Origin: Eledone cirrhosa
Taxonomy: Eukaryota
Direction: 5' to 3'
DNA: 64,000 bases
NCBI GenBank assembly: GCA_964016885.1
Contig: OZ024746.1
Coordinates: 77,872,001-77,936,000, forward strand
The translations under genes and the position numbers were made by a program. Shown one piece after another: positions 1 through 15,134 of the stretch; the first letter of the stretch is position 1; each line of letters starts with the position of its first letter. The notes below the pieces were generated by a model, which was not told where the DNA came from, did not search any database, and was given only the letters and a program-made list of their open reading frames with translations.

Positions 1-893
1 CTCACACTCTCACACACACACTCACTAACACACGCACGTACACACACTCACACACACACACACCATCTCTCGCTTCGTTTTATTTATCTATTTATTTATT
101 GTTTATTCTTTTTCTCAATGACAACTGTAAAATTATTGTAAACTATCAAAATTTATTGTCTGGCTTGAGTTCTAAAGAGGGTGACAGAGAGAGAGAGGGG
201 GGGGGGGACAAGAGAAAGTGAGAGAGAGAGAGAGATGGTGAGCAAAGATATAGCAAAAGAGAGAGAGGGATGGAGGATTGATAGAGCGAGAGAAAGTGAG
301 AGTGGGTGAGAGAGAGCGAGAGGGGGGGGGTGAGCAAGAGAAAGTGAGAGTAGGTGAGAGAGAGAGGGACGGAAGATTGATAGAGCGAGAGAAAGTGAGA
401 GTGGGGGAGAGAGAGAGGGGGGGGGAGATACAGCAAGAGTGAGAAGGAGGGTGAGACAGGGAGGCGAGGTGGGTGAGAGAGAGGAGAGCTAAAGCAAAAG
501 GGAGCAAGAGTGGGCTAGAGAGAGAAAGAGACATACAGAGAGCAAAAGAGAGCAAGAGTGGGTTAGTGATAGAGAGGAGGAGAGAGAGATGTGGTGTATA
601 GCCTAAACTATTAACAGCTACTTTGATCTTAAAATTCACCAAATTTTATTGATCTGCTGTTGATAGATTTTTCTATAAAAAAAAATAAAGAAAGACATTT
701 CTATATATTGTTGTTTTATTTTAATGCTTAAAGACAGTATTATTTGAAATAAAGGATTCTTAATGATAGGTTGGGCTTTATTAACCCACGGCTGAGCCCT
801 TACTCTTTCAGATATCCCCCCCCCCTCCATCTCTGGCACTTTAATCTTTCATCCCACTTTTAGTGCCCAGGTTTCAGCCCTGTCAGCCTCACA

Positions 894-1083
894 AATAATT
901 GTTTCTACTTTTAGCACAAGGCCAGCAATTACCCTCAGTGCATTACTGGTACTTTATTTTATCGACCCCCGTAAGGATGAAAGGCAAAGTCAACCTCGGC
1001 GGGATTCGAACTCAGAACGTAAAGGGCCGTAACTCCATGTTGCAAGGCTCAGTGTCTCACGCTCTACCGATACTGCCAATCCA
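894..1083 (-). mobile_element. tRNA-derived SINE family A (~190 bp)
   Basis: B-box gttcgaatcc on the minus strand, conserved core gactttgcctttcatccttacggggtcgataaaataaagtaccag, and an AAT-type tail. More than 10 copies occur in the window. Confidence 0.85.
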
Positions 1084-1459
1084 TCATACAGTCCTGCTTG
1101 TAGTTCTTTCATTGATGTCATCTGTTTCTGGTAATTTGCTATAAACTAAGCAGGGAATTGGCAGAGATGTTAGAACATCAGTTGATATATTTTGCACCAT
1201 TTGTTCCAGCTCTCTGTGTTTTCAGTTCAAATTCCATCGAGGTCAACATTGTCATTTGTCCTTTCAGGGTCAACATTCAAAGTACTGTTTCAATACTGCT
1301 GTTGATTCAGCATCTACCTTTCTTTTTCACTTCCTCTCACTCCCTCCCTGCTCTCGCTCACTCCACCCACTCTCTCTCAGACCTGTATATAATACGAGGA
1401 ATTTTAAACTAAAATTTTATGGCAAAATGGTGGTGGTAAGAAGTCAGGTCATATATCTA

Positions 1460-1675
1460 TTAACCTTTTAGCATTTAAACAGGCCATATCCGGCTAGAAT
1501 TCTCTCACCTCTTTTTGTTGAAACTGGCAGTAACTGGCCACTCATACTGATGTTAAAGTATTGTTCTCAAAATAAATAACATCAAAATCTCACAGATTAA
1601 ATATTATGAGAAGTAAAGCTTTTACCACAAAAATACAATAATCTATATTGAGTAATGTAAATGCTAAAGGGTTAA
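1460..1675. mobile_element. piggyBac-like MITE family D
   Basis: TTAA-flanked, with terminal inverted repeats ccttttagcattta/taaatgctaaaggg. Homologous copies at 6042, 21019, 37578 and 60939. Confidence 0.8.
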
Positions 1676-1714
1676 ATGGATATTTTTACTGAGCTTGAAA
1701 ATACTAATTTAATA

Positions 1715-1901
1715 AATAATTGTTTCTACTTTTGGCACAAGGCCAGCAATTACCCGGTACATTACTGGTACTTTATTTTATCGACCCCGTAAGGATGAAA
1801 GGCAAAGTTAACCTCGGCGGGATTTGAACTCAGATCGTAAAGGGACGGAACTCTTTGCATCAAAGCATGGCGTCCGACCCTATACTGATACTGCCAATCC
1901 A
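1715..1901 (-). mobile_element. SINE family A
   Basis: Colinear with 894-1083. Confidence 0.85.
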
Positions 1902-3196
1902 AAAGTCAAATCAGACAGAAAGTATATTAGGTTGATTAGTACCTTAAAATATATATTCCTTAAAATGCATTATATCAAGTTAGAGATTTCCGAAAAACTT
2001 TTAACCCTTCAGCATTCACATTATTCTATATTTACTATTATATTTCCACAGTTAATGCTTTATCTCACACAATATCGAATCTATGAGATTTTGATATTAT
2101 TTATTTTGAGAACAATACTTTCAAATAATTATGAGCAGCCAGTTACAGCTGGTTTGAACAAAAAAAAAAGGTGTGAGAATTCTGGCTGGATGCACCCTGT
2201 TTAAATGCCAATGGCACACCTTGGAACACATGAAAAAATAGCGGCACACCTGGCTTTGAATTTTACAAAATAAAAACATGGCAAGTCATAGACGGCATTA
2301 AACCGTAATCACATACTAGTCTCAAGCTAAATAAAGTAAAACACAGCTATGAACTTACTTTCGCATTTTCTTAGTGTGCTGTTCAAAATTTTGTGGCACA
2401 CTTAGGAAGAACTCGTGGCACACTGGTTGAGAATCTTGTTTGAAATAGGAAGGAGGATAAGTCTATTTCTAAATGAAATGATAAATATCTGGATGTTTTA
2501 CATTCTTTAACGTCATGAGAAACTGAATATTGTAGTGAATATCTGTATAAGATCAATATTTTGAAGGATAACATTGTAGTAGCAGCTTATAAAAATTTAC
2601 TTAAATATGGTAATTCCCCAAGAGTCTATTATACACAAGGATACAATTTATTGTTGTTTTTTTGTAGCTTCAGAAACAGGTGTTGTATTATACTCAAGTC
2701 ATATTATATATTTATACAAAGAAATACGGTAGTTAAGCAGCAAATAATTAGCTAGACAAAATAAACAGTTAGCATATAGTGTTTCTTATACATCAAATCT
2801 TAGTACATAATTACAACTTAGTCGCTTTTTGATTGTTTTAGCAGATACCATACTAAATTCTTACAGGTTAGCGAAAATGTTAAATAGATTTGTTGTGCAA
2901 CTTGAGATCAGCAAATTGCATGCTAGCTGTTTGACTTTGATATCTAAATGTCATGTTGCAACTGTGTATCAACCATCAGGAGATCAAGCCATATATTGTA
3001 CACTTAGATACATAATTAAGTAGTAGTGAGGCAATACTTAAACTTTCTCTCTTTCACTGAAAGGAAATACTGTGTAAAATCAACAGCTAGATGGATTGAA
3101 AAGACGGAAGAGACGACATAACTGACATTTTTCTCTTCTATCTCTTTCTCACTCTCACTCTCATTATCTTTCTCTCTATAATAAAAATGATAATGA

Positions 3197-3915
3197 TAAT
3201 AATTGTTTCTACTTTTCGCACAAGGCCAGCAATTATCCCCGTGCATTACTGGTACTTTATTTTATCGACCCTGTAAGGATGAAAGGCAAAGTTAACCTCG
3301 GCAGAATTTAAACTCAGAACGTAAATAGCCGTAACTCTATGCCACAAAGCATGTTGTCCGATGCTCTGCCGATACTGCCAATCCACTGCCCTAATAATGG
3401 TTTCTTATATAGGCACAAGGCCAGCAATTTTGGGAGAGGAGGAAAGTCGATTAAATCGACCCCACTGCATTACTGGTGATTTATTTTATCGACCCCATAA
3501 GGATGAAAGGCAAAGTTAACTTCAGCGGGATTTGAACTCAGAACGTAAAGAGCCGTAACTCTATACTGCAGAGCATGGTGTCTGACCCTCTACCGATACT
3601 GCCAATCCACGGCCCTAATAATAATGATAATAATAATAATAAAAATAGTCACAGTAATAATTACTAATGTTAGCACAAGGCCAGCATTTTTGGGGGGCTG
3701 GCTGGGGGGAGGAAACTGATTATATCAACCTCAGTACTGATTACCTTATTGTATTGACCCTGGGAGGATGAAGACTCTGGGAGGATGAAGACCCTGGGAG
3801 GATGAAAAGCAAAGTTGGCTTTGACAGGATTGGAACTTAGAACGTAGAAAATTGTATCTAACTACCACAAAATATTGACTCTGACTCTCTAACGGTACTG
3901 CCAACCCACCACCTT
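3197..3915 (-). mobile_element. Three tandem SINE family A copies (3197-3391, 3393-3615, degraded 3660-3915)
   Basis: Repeated gcacaaggccagca...aggatgaaaggcaaag...actgccaatccac blocks. Confidence 0.8.
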
Positions 3916-3918
3916 TAA

Positions 3919-4507
3919 ATAGTAGTAGTGGTAGTGGTAGTAGTAGTGGTGGTGGTGGTGGTGGTGGTTTTAGTAGTAGTAGAGGTAGTGGTAGTAGTGG
4001 TGGTGGTGGTGGTTTTAGTAGTAGTAGAGGTAGTGGTAGTAGTGGTGGTGGTGGTGGTTTTAGTAGTGGTGGTGACAGTAGTAGTAGTAATAGTGGTGGT
4101 GGTGGTGGTGGTGGTTTTAGTTGTAGTAGTAGTAGTAGTGATGGTGGTGGTGGTGGTTTTAGTAGTAGTGGTGGTGACAGTAGTATTAGTGGTGGTGGTG
4201 GTGGTTTTAGTAGTAGTAGTAGTAGTGGTGGTGGTTTTAGTAGTAGTAGTAGTAGTGGTGGTGACAGTAGTAGTAGTAATAGTGGTGGTGGTGGTGGTTT
4301 TAGTAGTAGTGGTAGTAGTAGTGGTGGTGGTGGTGGTTTTAGTAGTAGTGGTGGTGACAGTAGTAATAGTGGTGGTGATGGTGGTGGTTTTAGTAGTAGT
4401 AGTAGTAGTAGTAGTGGTAGTGGTGGTGACAGTAGTAGTATTTGAGGTGGTGGTAGTAGTAGTATTGGTTGTGATGCTGACAGTAGTAGTAGTGCTGGTG
4501 GTGGTTT

Positions 4508-4549
<42 letters not shown>

Positions 4550-4606
4550 GGTTAGTGGTAGTGGTAGTAGTAGTGGTGGTGACAGTAGTAGTAGCAGTAG
4601 TAGTAG
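3919..4606. repeat. (GTA/GTG)n compound microsatellite
   Basis: Direct inspection. Explains the poly-Thr and poly-Val ORFs. Confidence 0.95.
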
Positions 4607-4718
4607 GTGTTAAAAGTCCATATGTACTATTTGTTTTCAGTTTCTTTTCTCTCTTATTTGTCTTTTGAGGTATTTCTTGCAATGTAAATCTATAATATAC
4701 TAGAACACTATATACTAG

Positions 4719-4910
4719 AATAATTGTCTCTACTTTAGGCACAAGGCCAGCAATCACCCAGTGCATTACTGGTACTTTATTTTATCGACCCCGTAAGGAT
4801 GAAAGGCAAAGTCAACCTCGGCGGGATTTGAACTAAGATCGTAAAGGGATGTAACTATGCTGGAAAGCATGGCGTCCGACCCTCTACCGATACTGCCAAT
4901 CCACCGCCCT
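4719..4910 (-). mobile_element. SINE family A, young copy with target-site duplication
   Basis: Flanked by the direct repeat actatatactagaataat (4707-4724 and 4912-4929). Confidence 0.9.
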
Positions 4911-5189
4911 TACTATATACTAGAATAATGAGACATACTTACAAGTGTCAAGTGTATGCACATTTATGCAACATATACACAATAGACATAGCATGGAAAA
5001 GTGAACGTAAAATGATGATACATATCATCATCATCATCATTTTACGTCTGCTTTTCCCTGCTTGCAAGGGTTGGACCATATATATATATATATGTGTGTG
5101 TTTATGAATATATGTGTATCCATGTATATATATATATGTTGTGTAGATGTATATGTGTGATGATGATATATATGTGTGTATATATATAT

Positions 5190-5530
5190 ATCATCATCAT
5201 TTCATTTTACGTCTGCTTTTCCCTGCTTGCAAGGGTGGGACGGGAACGGATTCTGGCTTGATTTCTACAGCTGGATGCCCCTCCTAACACCAACCTCATT
5301 TACAGTGAGTGCTGGGTGCTTTTTTTGTTGTGGCACCTCCACGACCACTTTACAGTGGAATGATAGGGACCCCGGTCGCTATCATCTCATTTCTACAGCT
5401 GAGTAAACTGGAGCAATGTGAAATAAAGTGTCTTGCTCAAGGAAACAACACATCACCCGGTCTGAGAATTGAACTCACAACCTTTCGATTGCAAGGCCAA
5501 TGCTCTAACCACACTAAGCCATGTGCCTCC
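5190..5530 (-). mobile_element. tRNA-derived SINE family B (~340 bp, (GAT)n tail)
   Basis: Head ggaggcacatggcttagtg..gttagagc (A-box) and gagttcaattc (B-box), core ccttgagcaagacactt, GAT tail. Near-identical to the copies at 26683 and 32720. Confidence 0.85.
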
Positions 5531-5574
<44 letters not shown>

Positions 5575-6041
5575 GTATATATATATATAGAGATATAGAT
5601 ATAGATATACATACACACAAGTATATATATATATGTGTATGTGTGTGTATACATATACACACATATACATGCAGATATATTCAAATACCCAGCATGGAAT
5701 AGCAGGTATAACATGATGATTATCATCATGACACACACATATATATATATATGCACACACATATATTCATAAACACACACATATACATATATATGGTCAT
5801 ATATATATTCACACACTCAGCATATACATAGCATGGAAAAGTAGGTATATGATGATGATGATGATGATGATACATATATACACATACAGAAATCCACACA
5901 CACATTTAGGGAATAAAGAAAATAAAGTTTACAGCTCACACTTATGAGGTTGCATCTCATCAGAGGTTTCTCTGGTGATTTAATGTTAGGGGGCCCCCGT
6001 TTTATCATGTTGTTATTGCTACAGCTCTCACATTTGGAGGC

Positions 6042-6268
6042 TTATCCCTTTAGCCTTTACATTACTCTATATATACTATTGTATTTTCATGGTAAAGGCT
6101 TTACCTCACATAATTATCTCATGTAATATCGAATCTGAGATTTTGATGTTATTTATTTTGAGAACAATACCTTAACATCAGTATGAGTGGCCAGTTACAG
6201 CTGGTTTGAATAGAAAGAGGTGAGAGAATTCTGGCCAGATACGGCCGGTTTATTTGCTAAAGGGTTAT
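6042..6268. mobile_element. piggyBac-like MITE family D (TTAT target variant)
   Basis: ttat-ccctttagc...gctaaaggg-ttat. The internal sequence is the reverse complement of 1460-1675. Confidence 0.75.
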
Positions 6269-6818
6269 AATAATAATGAGATTATTGTGTACAGTGCTCA
6301 GGTGCACTACAGCTCACCAAAGGTGCATGTATAGTACATAGAATCATGTACTAATGTCATGAAAGTGTACAGTGTATCTGGCTTACTACGATGTTACATT
6401 TCTGTTGTTTTAATAGTAGGAGTACCTGGTCATATCAGGCAAAGCAACACAAAATCAGTCATTTTACTCAAGAACACAACACACTGCGAGGGGTGGTGGT
6501 TCAGGTATCAAACCAAAATCTTAGGTTTGCGAGTCCAATACCCTAACCAGCAGGCCATTTGACAGACTTCCATATCATTCTCAGTGTTATAGCCTCCCAT
6601 GAAAAGGCCTGTTAACTAGTGTAGTATTTAGAAAGAGGGAAGATGATCTTTATATTGATATATAATGTGTTATTTACATGTGGAGTAAGGGTAGACCTAT
6701 TATTTTAGCTGCAGCAACCTTGTCATAAATGTTTAACTTGTGTCCATACTCTAAATTATGTACAGTTGCATACAAATACATATGTACCCACACATACACA
6801 CCATACACACACACACAC

Positions 6819-6850
<32 letters not shown>

Positions 6851-6959
6851 TTATATACATAGATACACACAAACGCTATATATATTTGGGTGTGTGTATA
6901 TATCTATGTATATAAGTATGTGTATATACATATATATATATGTGTGTGTGTTTGTGTGT

Positions 6960-7435
<476 letters not shown>

Positions 7436-7949
7436 CATATAAAGGTATATAACTTATATCGATATACCCTGTTATATATTTAATGGGGTGCTGGTATGTA
7501 AAAATGTCTTAATAGTGAATACTTGCTTGGTAGTATATAATGTGTTAGCATGATTTATGTTGAAGAAATGCTGAATAAATGTAGCCTCTATTATATTCAT
7601 GTGTCTCATGATAGAAAGCTTGGTACCAAATGAAAGCATCGCGAAAGAGTCTGTTTGTGTAATTTCAGCTTTAACTCCTGCTATACAGTAAGAAAATAAT
7701 TCTTAATTCAAGTTTATGTACTTTTTCATCATCTACTCACTCTTTGGTTTTCATTTTTCTTTTCTCTTTTGCTTCTTTGCTTTCTTTCTTTCTTTCCGTC
7801 TTTCTTTTTCGGAAAGATTATTTTTCTTTCTTTCTATATAAATCATATGCTTTGGTTTAATGTTGGCACTTTTCACCTCCTCTGGTGCTATGTCTGTTGT
7901 CTCTGTTGTGTATATGTGTGTGGTGGTAACTGTTAACAACCATCTCGAA

Positions 7950-8553
7950 CACCACCACCACCACCACCGTCATCATCATCATCGCCACCACTGCACTATC
8001 ATCATCATCGCCACCACTGCACTATCATCACTAGCAACCACCATCACCAACCACTAGCACCACTGCCACCATCGTCGCCACATCCCTCACCCACTACCAA
8101 TCATCATCACCACCACCACCATCACCATCACCACATCATCAGTCCACCACCACCACCACCATCACCACATCATCAGTCCACCACCACCACCATCACCACA
8201 TCATCAGTCCATCACTATCACCACCACCACCACCACCACCACCACCACCATCACCACATCATCAGTCCACCACCATCATCACCACATCACTATCACCACC
8301 ACTATCACCACCACCACCATCACCATCATCACATCATCAGTCCACCACCACCACCACCACCACCATCACCACATCATCAGTCCATCACTATCACCACCAC
8401 CACCACCACCACCACCACCACCATCACCACATCATCAGTCCACCACCATCATCACCACATCACTATCACCACCACCACCACCACCACCACCACCACCATC
8501 ATCAGTCCACCACCACCACCATCATCAGTCCACCACCACCACCATCATCAGTC
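7950..8553. repeat. (CAC/CAT)n compound repeat
   Basis: Direct inspection, with recurrent catcatcagtccaccacc. Confidence 0.9.
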
Positions 8554-8659
8554 CAATACAACATATATTCACTAGCTATTACATCATATATACCTTTCAG
8601 TCATTGGGACTCCTATGGTTTTGTCACTTTGCAAGAAAATGGTAATTGACGATCATTCT

Positions 8660-9500
8660 CCCTCTCCTAGATATCCCCCTCTCCTACACTGATATCTCCC
8701 TCTCCTACACTGATATCCCCCTCTCCTACACTGATATCTCCCTCTCCTACACTGATATCCCCCTCTCCTACACTGATATCTCCCTCTCCTACACTGATAT
8801 CTCCCTCTCCTACACTGATATCTCCCTCTCCTACACTGATATCTCCCTCTCCTACACTGATATCCCCCTCTCCTACACTGATATTTCCCTCTCCTACACT
8901 GATATCTCCCTCTCCTACACTGATATCCCCCTCTCCTACACTGATATCTCCCTCTCCTACACTGATATCCCCCTCTCCTACACTGATATTTCCCTCTCCT
9001 ACACTGATATCTCCCTCTCCTACACTGATATCTCCCTCTCCTACACTGATATCTCCCTCTCCTACAACTGATATCTCCCTCTCCTACACTGATATCTCCC
9101 TCTCCTACACTGATATCCCCCTCTCCTACACTGATATCCCCCTCTCCTACACTGATATCTCCCTCTCCTACACTGATATCTCCCTCTCCTACACTGATAT
9201 CTCCCTCTCCTACACAGATATCTCCCTCTCCTACACTGATATCCCCCTCTCCTACACAGATATCCCCCTCTCCTACACAGATATCCCCCTCTCCTACACA
9301 GATATCTCCCTCTCCTACACTGATATCTCCCTCTCCTACACCGATCTCTCCCTCTCATACACCTATATCCCCTTCTCCTACACTGATATCTCCCTCTCCT
9401 ACACAGATATCTCCCTCTCCTACACTGATATCTCCCTCTCCTACACCGATCTCTCCCTCTCATACACCTATATCCCCTTCTCATACACCAATATCCCCGT
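8660..9500. repeat. 21-bp minisatellite (ctctcctacactgatatctcc), decaying to about 10020
   Basis: 7-aa periodic ORF (SLSYTDI). Units become more diverged toward the right. Confidence 0.95.
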
Positions 9501-10407
9501 CTTATACACCGATGTCTCCCTCTTATACTGTGATATCTTTCTCCACTGCACTGCCATACGCCGATATCCCTCTCTCATACATTATCTCCTTCTCCTACAC
9601 TATCTCCGTCTCTATCCTCCTCTCATACACTGATGTCTCCCTCTTATACAGTGATATCTCCTTCTCACACTCTCATATCTTTCTCCCATATAATTCTCTC
9701 ACCCACTGATATCTTTCTCATCACTACACTGCCCTACTCCAATATCTCCCCCTCATGCACCGATATCCCCCATCATTGTGCTGTTGTACACTAATATCTA
9801 CCTCTCCTACACTGATATCTTTTCCCCCATATACAGATATCTCTCTCTTCACTGTGCTGCCATATACTGATATTTTCCTCTCATGCATTGATATCACTCT
9901 CTCTCCCCATTATCCTTCCTTTAATACTGATATATCCCTTCGTATGCCAATATCTCTCTCTCTCATACACCGATATCCCTCTCTCTCTCTCTCATGTTAT
10001 CCCCCCTCCTACACCAATATATTTCTCTCTCCAGTACGCTGCCAAGGAACTAACCTCTTATCAAATAAAGATGCACACAGTGTGAGCCATACTAATTTAA
10101 GAAATGCCATGGTACACCTCTTGTAGCCTCTGGCTGGTTCAACTCATCTATCTTTCTGTCTATCTATAAACTATCTAGCTATCAGCTGAGCTATCTATCT
10201 ATCAACTGATCTATCTATCTAACTATCTATCTATCTTACTAAACTTCCCCCTTTGTATTTGTCCCCTTCTTTTGTGCCCCTGTGGCTAATAAAGAAACAT
10301 ATCCTACTATCTAACTATATATCTATTTACCAACTAATCTATCTACCTGTCTATCTAGCTATCAACTAATCTATGTACCTGTCTATCTGTCTACATATCA
10401 ACTAATC

Positions 10408-10438
<31 letters not shown>

Positions 10439-10483
10439 CCTCTCTAGCTATCTATCTACCTACCTATCTATCTATCTATCTAT

Positions 10484-10908
10484 CTGAAAGGGCTGAGGTC
10501 AGACACCTTTCTCTCCGGCCAACAACTGATTCTTTTTTTCAAATACCACTTTGGAAGAAGAATCAGGATGGAGAGAGAGGTGCTGTACCCCAGCAAGTTT
10601 TATGAAAGGTGGGTGAAAGTGGCGAGAATGGCCCGAGTGAATGGGCCTTCTCTCTATATCAGCCTGTAGGTTGAGGAAAAGGAGGAGGAGAGGAAAGGAG
10701 TACAAGCTCTTCGTACTCCTGGAGATGAGGGTTGCACATTTTTTTCGGGGGTCTGTGTTACCCATATAAACTGTCTCCCTCTATTGGGGAAAATCGACTA
10801 ACTTTTAAATTCCATCTGTGATAACATTTTACACGTTTTTATTGTATGTAAACTTCCCCCTTTGTATTTGTCCCCTTCTTTTGTGCCCCTGTGGCTAATA
10901 AAGAAATA

Positions 10909-10912
<4 letters not shown>
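10484..10912 (+). mobile_element. 5'-truncated LINE 3' end (probably Tx1/L1-like) in a (TATC)n tract
   Basis: Open frame 10484-10669 (LKGLRSDTFLSGQQLILFFKYHFGRRIRMEREVLYPSKFYERWVKVARMARVNGPSLYISL*), then a 3' UTR, AATAAA and (TATC)n. A short 3' fragment is also at about 10241-10303. The clade call is inferred from the terminal FxxRW motif. Confidence 0.6.
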
Positions 10913-10941
<29 letters not shown>

Positions 10942-11448
10942 ATCTCTGTTTATGCTGACTATCTTTTCCTCACACCTATAATTTCTCATTCTGATAATCT
11001 TCCTCTAATAATTAGCTTAACATCTTGTAGCAGTGTTGCTGTTGTTGTTGTTGTTGTTGGCGGTGGTGGTGGTGGTGACGGTGGTGGCGACGGCAGTGTT
11101 TGTTGTTGTTGTGATTGTGATTGTGATTGTGGTATAGCAGTGGCACTGTTGGTGTTGGAGGTGTATTGAGGTCTCTATATGAAGGTGCCAGTTCAGATAA
11201 TGGTTTGAAAGGATCTGCACAGCAGACTTCTCAATAGAAATTATTTTGATTTTTCAATTAACTTTCTTCTATTATCTGGTGCATTATATAAAATTACTCT
11301 GATCTCTTCTTCCTCCTCCTCTTCCTCCTCTCAGTCTCTAGCTGTCTATTTGTCTGTCAGTCTCCCCCCCCCTCCCCTCTTTCTCTTTATTTTCTATTTC
11401 TTTCTCTTATTTCCATCTATCCCTCTCTCTCACCCCCACACATACTTA

Positions 11449-11485
<37 letters not shown>

Positions 11486-11515
11486 CTCATATATACATGC
11501 ATGCATACACATAGT

Positions 11516-11568
<53 letters not shown>

Positions 11569-11645
11569 GCGTGCTCACACACACACACACCTTTCTCCAG
11601 CTGTCTTTCCATTCTTCCTTTTGCAGCCATTCTCCCTTTTGCAGC

Positions 11646-11768
<123 letters not shown>

Positions 11769-11957
11769 ATATAATATAATGTCTATCTCTGACACCTCCA
11801 GCCCCTACCAATGCCCCCCGCTTCACTTCTCTGCTTTAAGTAATATTGCTAAACTGTCTCCATATTTCAACGATTCCTTCCTATTGTTACCGTTCTTCGT
11901 CATTTCTAAATTCCATTCGTTGTTCTTCGTCCTCTGAAAGCAAGTGGCTCAGCCTTG

Positions 11958-11994
11958 AACAACAACAACAACATCAACAGCCACTGTAACAACA

Positions 11995-12028
<34 letters not shown>

Positions 12029-12487
12029 TAACAACAATTTCAACAGCCTTTAACAACAACAACAACCACCACAGTAACAACAACAACCACCACAGTAACA
12101 ACATCAACTACCACAGTAACAACAACAACTACCACAGTAACAACAACTACCACAGTAACAACAACAACTACCACAGTAACAACAACAACTACCACAGTAA
12201 CAACAACTACCGCAGTAACAACAACTACCACAGTAACAACAGCAACTACTACAACAGCCACTGTAACAACAACAACAACCATTGTAACAACAACTACCAC
12301 AGTAACAACTACTACTACTACTACAACAGCCACTGTAACAACTACTACTACTACTACAACTACAACAGCCACTGTAACAACAACTACTACTACTACAACA
12401 GCCACTGTAACTACTACTACTACTACTATAACAGCCACTGTAACAACTACTACTACTACTACTACTACTACAACAGCCACTGTAACA

Positions 12488-12519
<32 letters not shown>

Positions 12520-13275
12520 AACAGCCACTGTAATAACAACTACTACAACATCCACTGTAACAACAACAACTACCACTGTAACAACAACAACTACTACTAC
12601 TACTACAACAACAACAGCCACTGTAACAACTACTACAACATCCACTGTAACAACAACAACAACAGCCACTGTAACAACAACTACTACTACTACAACAGCC
12701 ACTGTAACAACAACTACTACTACTACAACAGCCACTGTAACAACAACTACTACTACTACTACTACTACTACTACTGCCACTGTAACAACAACAACTACCA
12801 CTGTAACAACAACTACTACTACTACTACAACAGCCACTGTAACAACAACTACAACCACTACTACTACTACTACAACAGCCACTGTAACAACAACAACTAC
12901 CACTGTAACAACTACTACTACTACTACTACTACTACAACAGCCACTGTAACAACAACTACTACAACATCCACTGTAACAACAACAACTACCACTGTAACA
13001 ACAACTACTACTACTACTACAACAGCCACTGTAACAACAACAACTACAACATCCACTGTAACAACAACAACTACCACTGTAACAACAACTACAACTACTA
13101 CTACTACTACAACAGCCACTGTAACAACAACAACTACTACTACTACTACTACAACAGCCACTGTAACAACAACTACAACCACAAGTTGATCAAGGTGAAC
13201 AATAACAACAATAACATCAACAACAACAACAACAACTACAACCACAAGTTGATCAAGGTGAACAATAACAACAAT

Positions 13276-13320
<45 letters not shown>

Positions 13321-13400
13321 TACAACCACAAGTTGATCAAGGTGAACAATAACAACAACAACAATAACATCAACAACAACAACAACATCAACATCATCAT
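11958..13400. repeat. (ACA/ACT)n compound repeat with acagccactgta spacers
   Basis: Direct inspection. Confidence 0.95.
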
Positions 13401-13654
13401 TTAAGCAACGGAGAACAATGGAAAGTGAAGTAACCACACCTTATTGAATTCTGCTGTCTTGTTAATGGTCATCAATGGTTAAAGGAATGGTTTATTACAC
13501 TCTTCCATGTCACTAACATCTCATTCAACTGTCCTCTCCTACTTCTTCACTTCCAGTTAGCTAATATCTCACCATTACCTTTCTTTGCCACATCTACCAT
13601 TGTACAGGGGCTGCACCATTGTTCTACAATGAAGCTTAATATGGTCGTCTGCTG

Positions 13655-13673
13655 AATTTCACTGGGTCTATCG

Positions 13674-13706
<33 letters not shown>

Positions 13707-13878
13707 CGGGCGTGTGTGTCTGTGTGCGTGTGTGTGTGTGTGTGTGTGTATGTTTCACTAGGTCTGTGTGTGTGTGTGTGTGTGTGTATGTGTGTGTGTG
13801 TGTCTGATGTGTGCGTCTGATGTGTGTGTGTATGTTTCACTGGGTCTATGTATGTGTGTTGTGTGTGTATGTCTGGTC

Positions 13879-13910
<32 letters not shown>

Positions 13911-14034
13911 TGTGTGTGTCTGATGTGTGCGTCTGATGTGTGTGTGTATGTTTCACTGGGTCTATGTATGTGTGTTGTGTGTGTGTGTCTGGTCTGTGTG
14001 TGTGTGCGTGTGTGTGTGTGTGTGTGTATGTTTC

Positions 14035-14074
<40 letters not shown>

Positions 14075-14900
14075 TGTGTGTGTCTGATGTGTGCGTCTGA
14101 TGTGTGTGTGTATGTTTCACTGGGTCTATGTATGTGTGTTGTGTGTGTGTGTCTGGTCTGTGTGTGTGTGTGTGTTTCACTGGGTCTATGTATGTGCGTG
14201 TGTGTTTCACTGGGTCTGTGTGTCTGATGTGTGTGTGTATGTTTCACTGGGTCTATGTATGTGTCGTGTGTGTGTGTGTTTCTGTGAATCTGTGTATGTG
14301 TACATGAGTGTGTGTCTGGTCTGTGTGTGTGTGTATGTTTCACTGGGGTCTATGTATGTGTATGTGTGTCATGTGTGTGTGTGTTTCTGTGAATGTGTAC
14401 ATGAGTGTGTGTCTGGTCTGTGTGTGTGTGTATGTTTCACTGGGGTCTATGTATGTGTGTGTGTGTTTCTGTGTATGTGTACATGAGTGTGTGTGTGCGT
14501 ATGTTTCACTGGGGTCTATGTATGTGTGTGTGTGTTTCTGTGTATGTGTACATGAGTGTGTGTCTGGTCTGTGTGTGTGTATGTATGTTTCACTGGGGTC
14601 TATGTATGTGTATGTGTGTGTTTCTGTGGATCTATGTATGTGTGTGTGTCTGGTGTGTGTGTGTGTTTCGCTGGGTCTATGTATGTGTATGTCTGGTGTG
14701 TTTCTGTGGATCTATGTATGTGTGTATGTGTGCGTGCATGAGTTTCAGTGGATCTATGTATGTGTGTATGTGTTGGTGTAGATGTCTGTGTGTATGGATG
14801 TTAATATGTGTGTTTGTCATGTGTATGTGTGTGTGCATGTATGTGCGTGTATATCTGTGTGTTTGTGTCTGTGCATCTATGAGGGATGTCCCTGTGTGTT
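13655..14900. repeat. (TG)n-based complex satellite with gtttcactgggtctatg units
   Basis: Direct inspection. Confidence 0.9.
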
Positions 14901-15099
14901 TATGTGGTTGATAGTATCTGTGTTTGTGTTTGTTTTCATTTCTGTATATTTGTTTGTGTATATGTATGTATGTGTTCATGTGTTTGTTTGTATTCATCGC
15001 TCCAAATCTCACAACAGTTAACCAACACTTAGTTCTATTTTAGTGATGTCAGGTGGCAGGGAGACTTTTTCCCCTGGGGAAAATGTCAATTTAGTATGC

Positions 15100-15134
<35 letters not shown>

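Noticed and set aside
3915-4766. 283-aa poly-Thr ORF (mucin-like) and opposite-strand poly-Val ORF
   Set aside because: It is a translation of a trinucleotide microsatellite, and its start lies inside a SINE.
12040-13437. 465-aa poly-Val ORF
   Set aside because: Compound (ACA/ACT)n repeat with no domain content.
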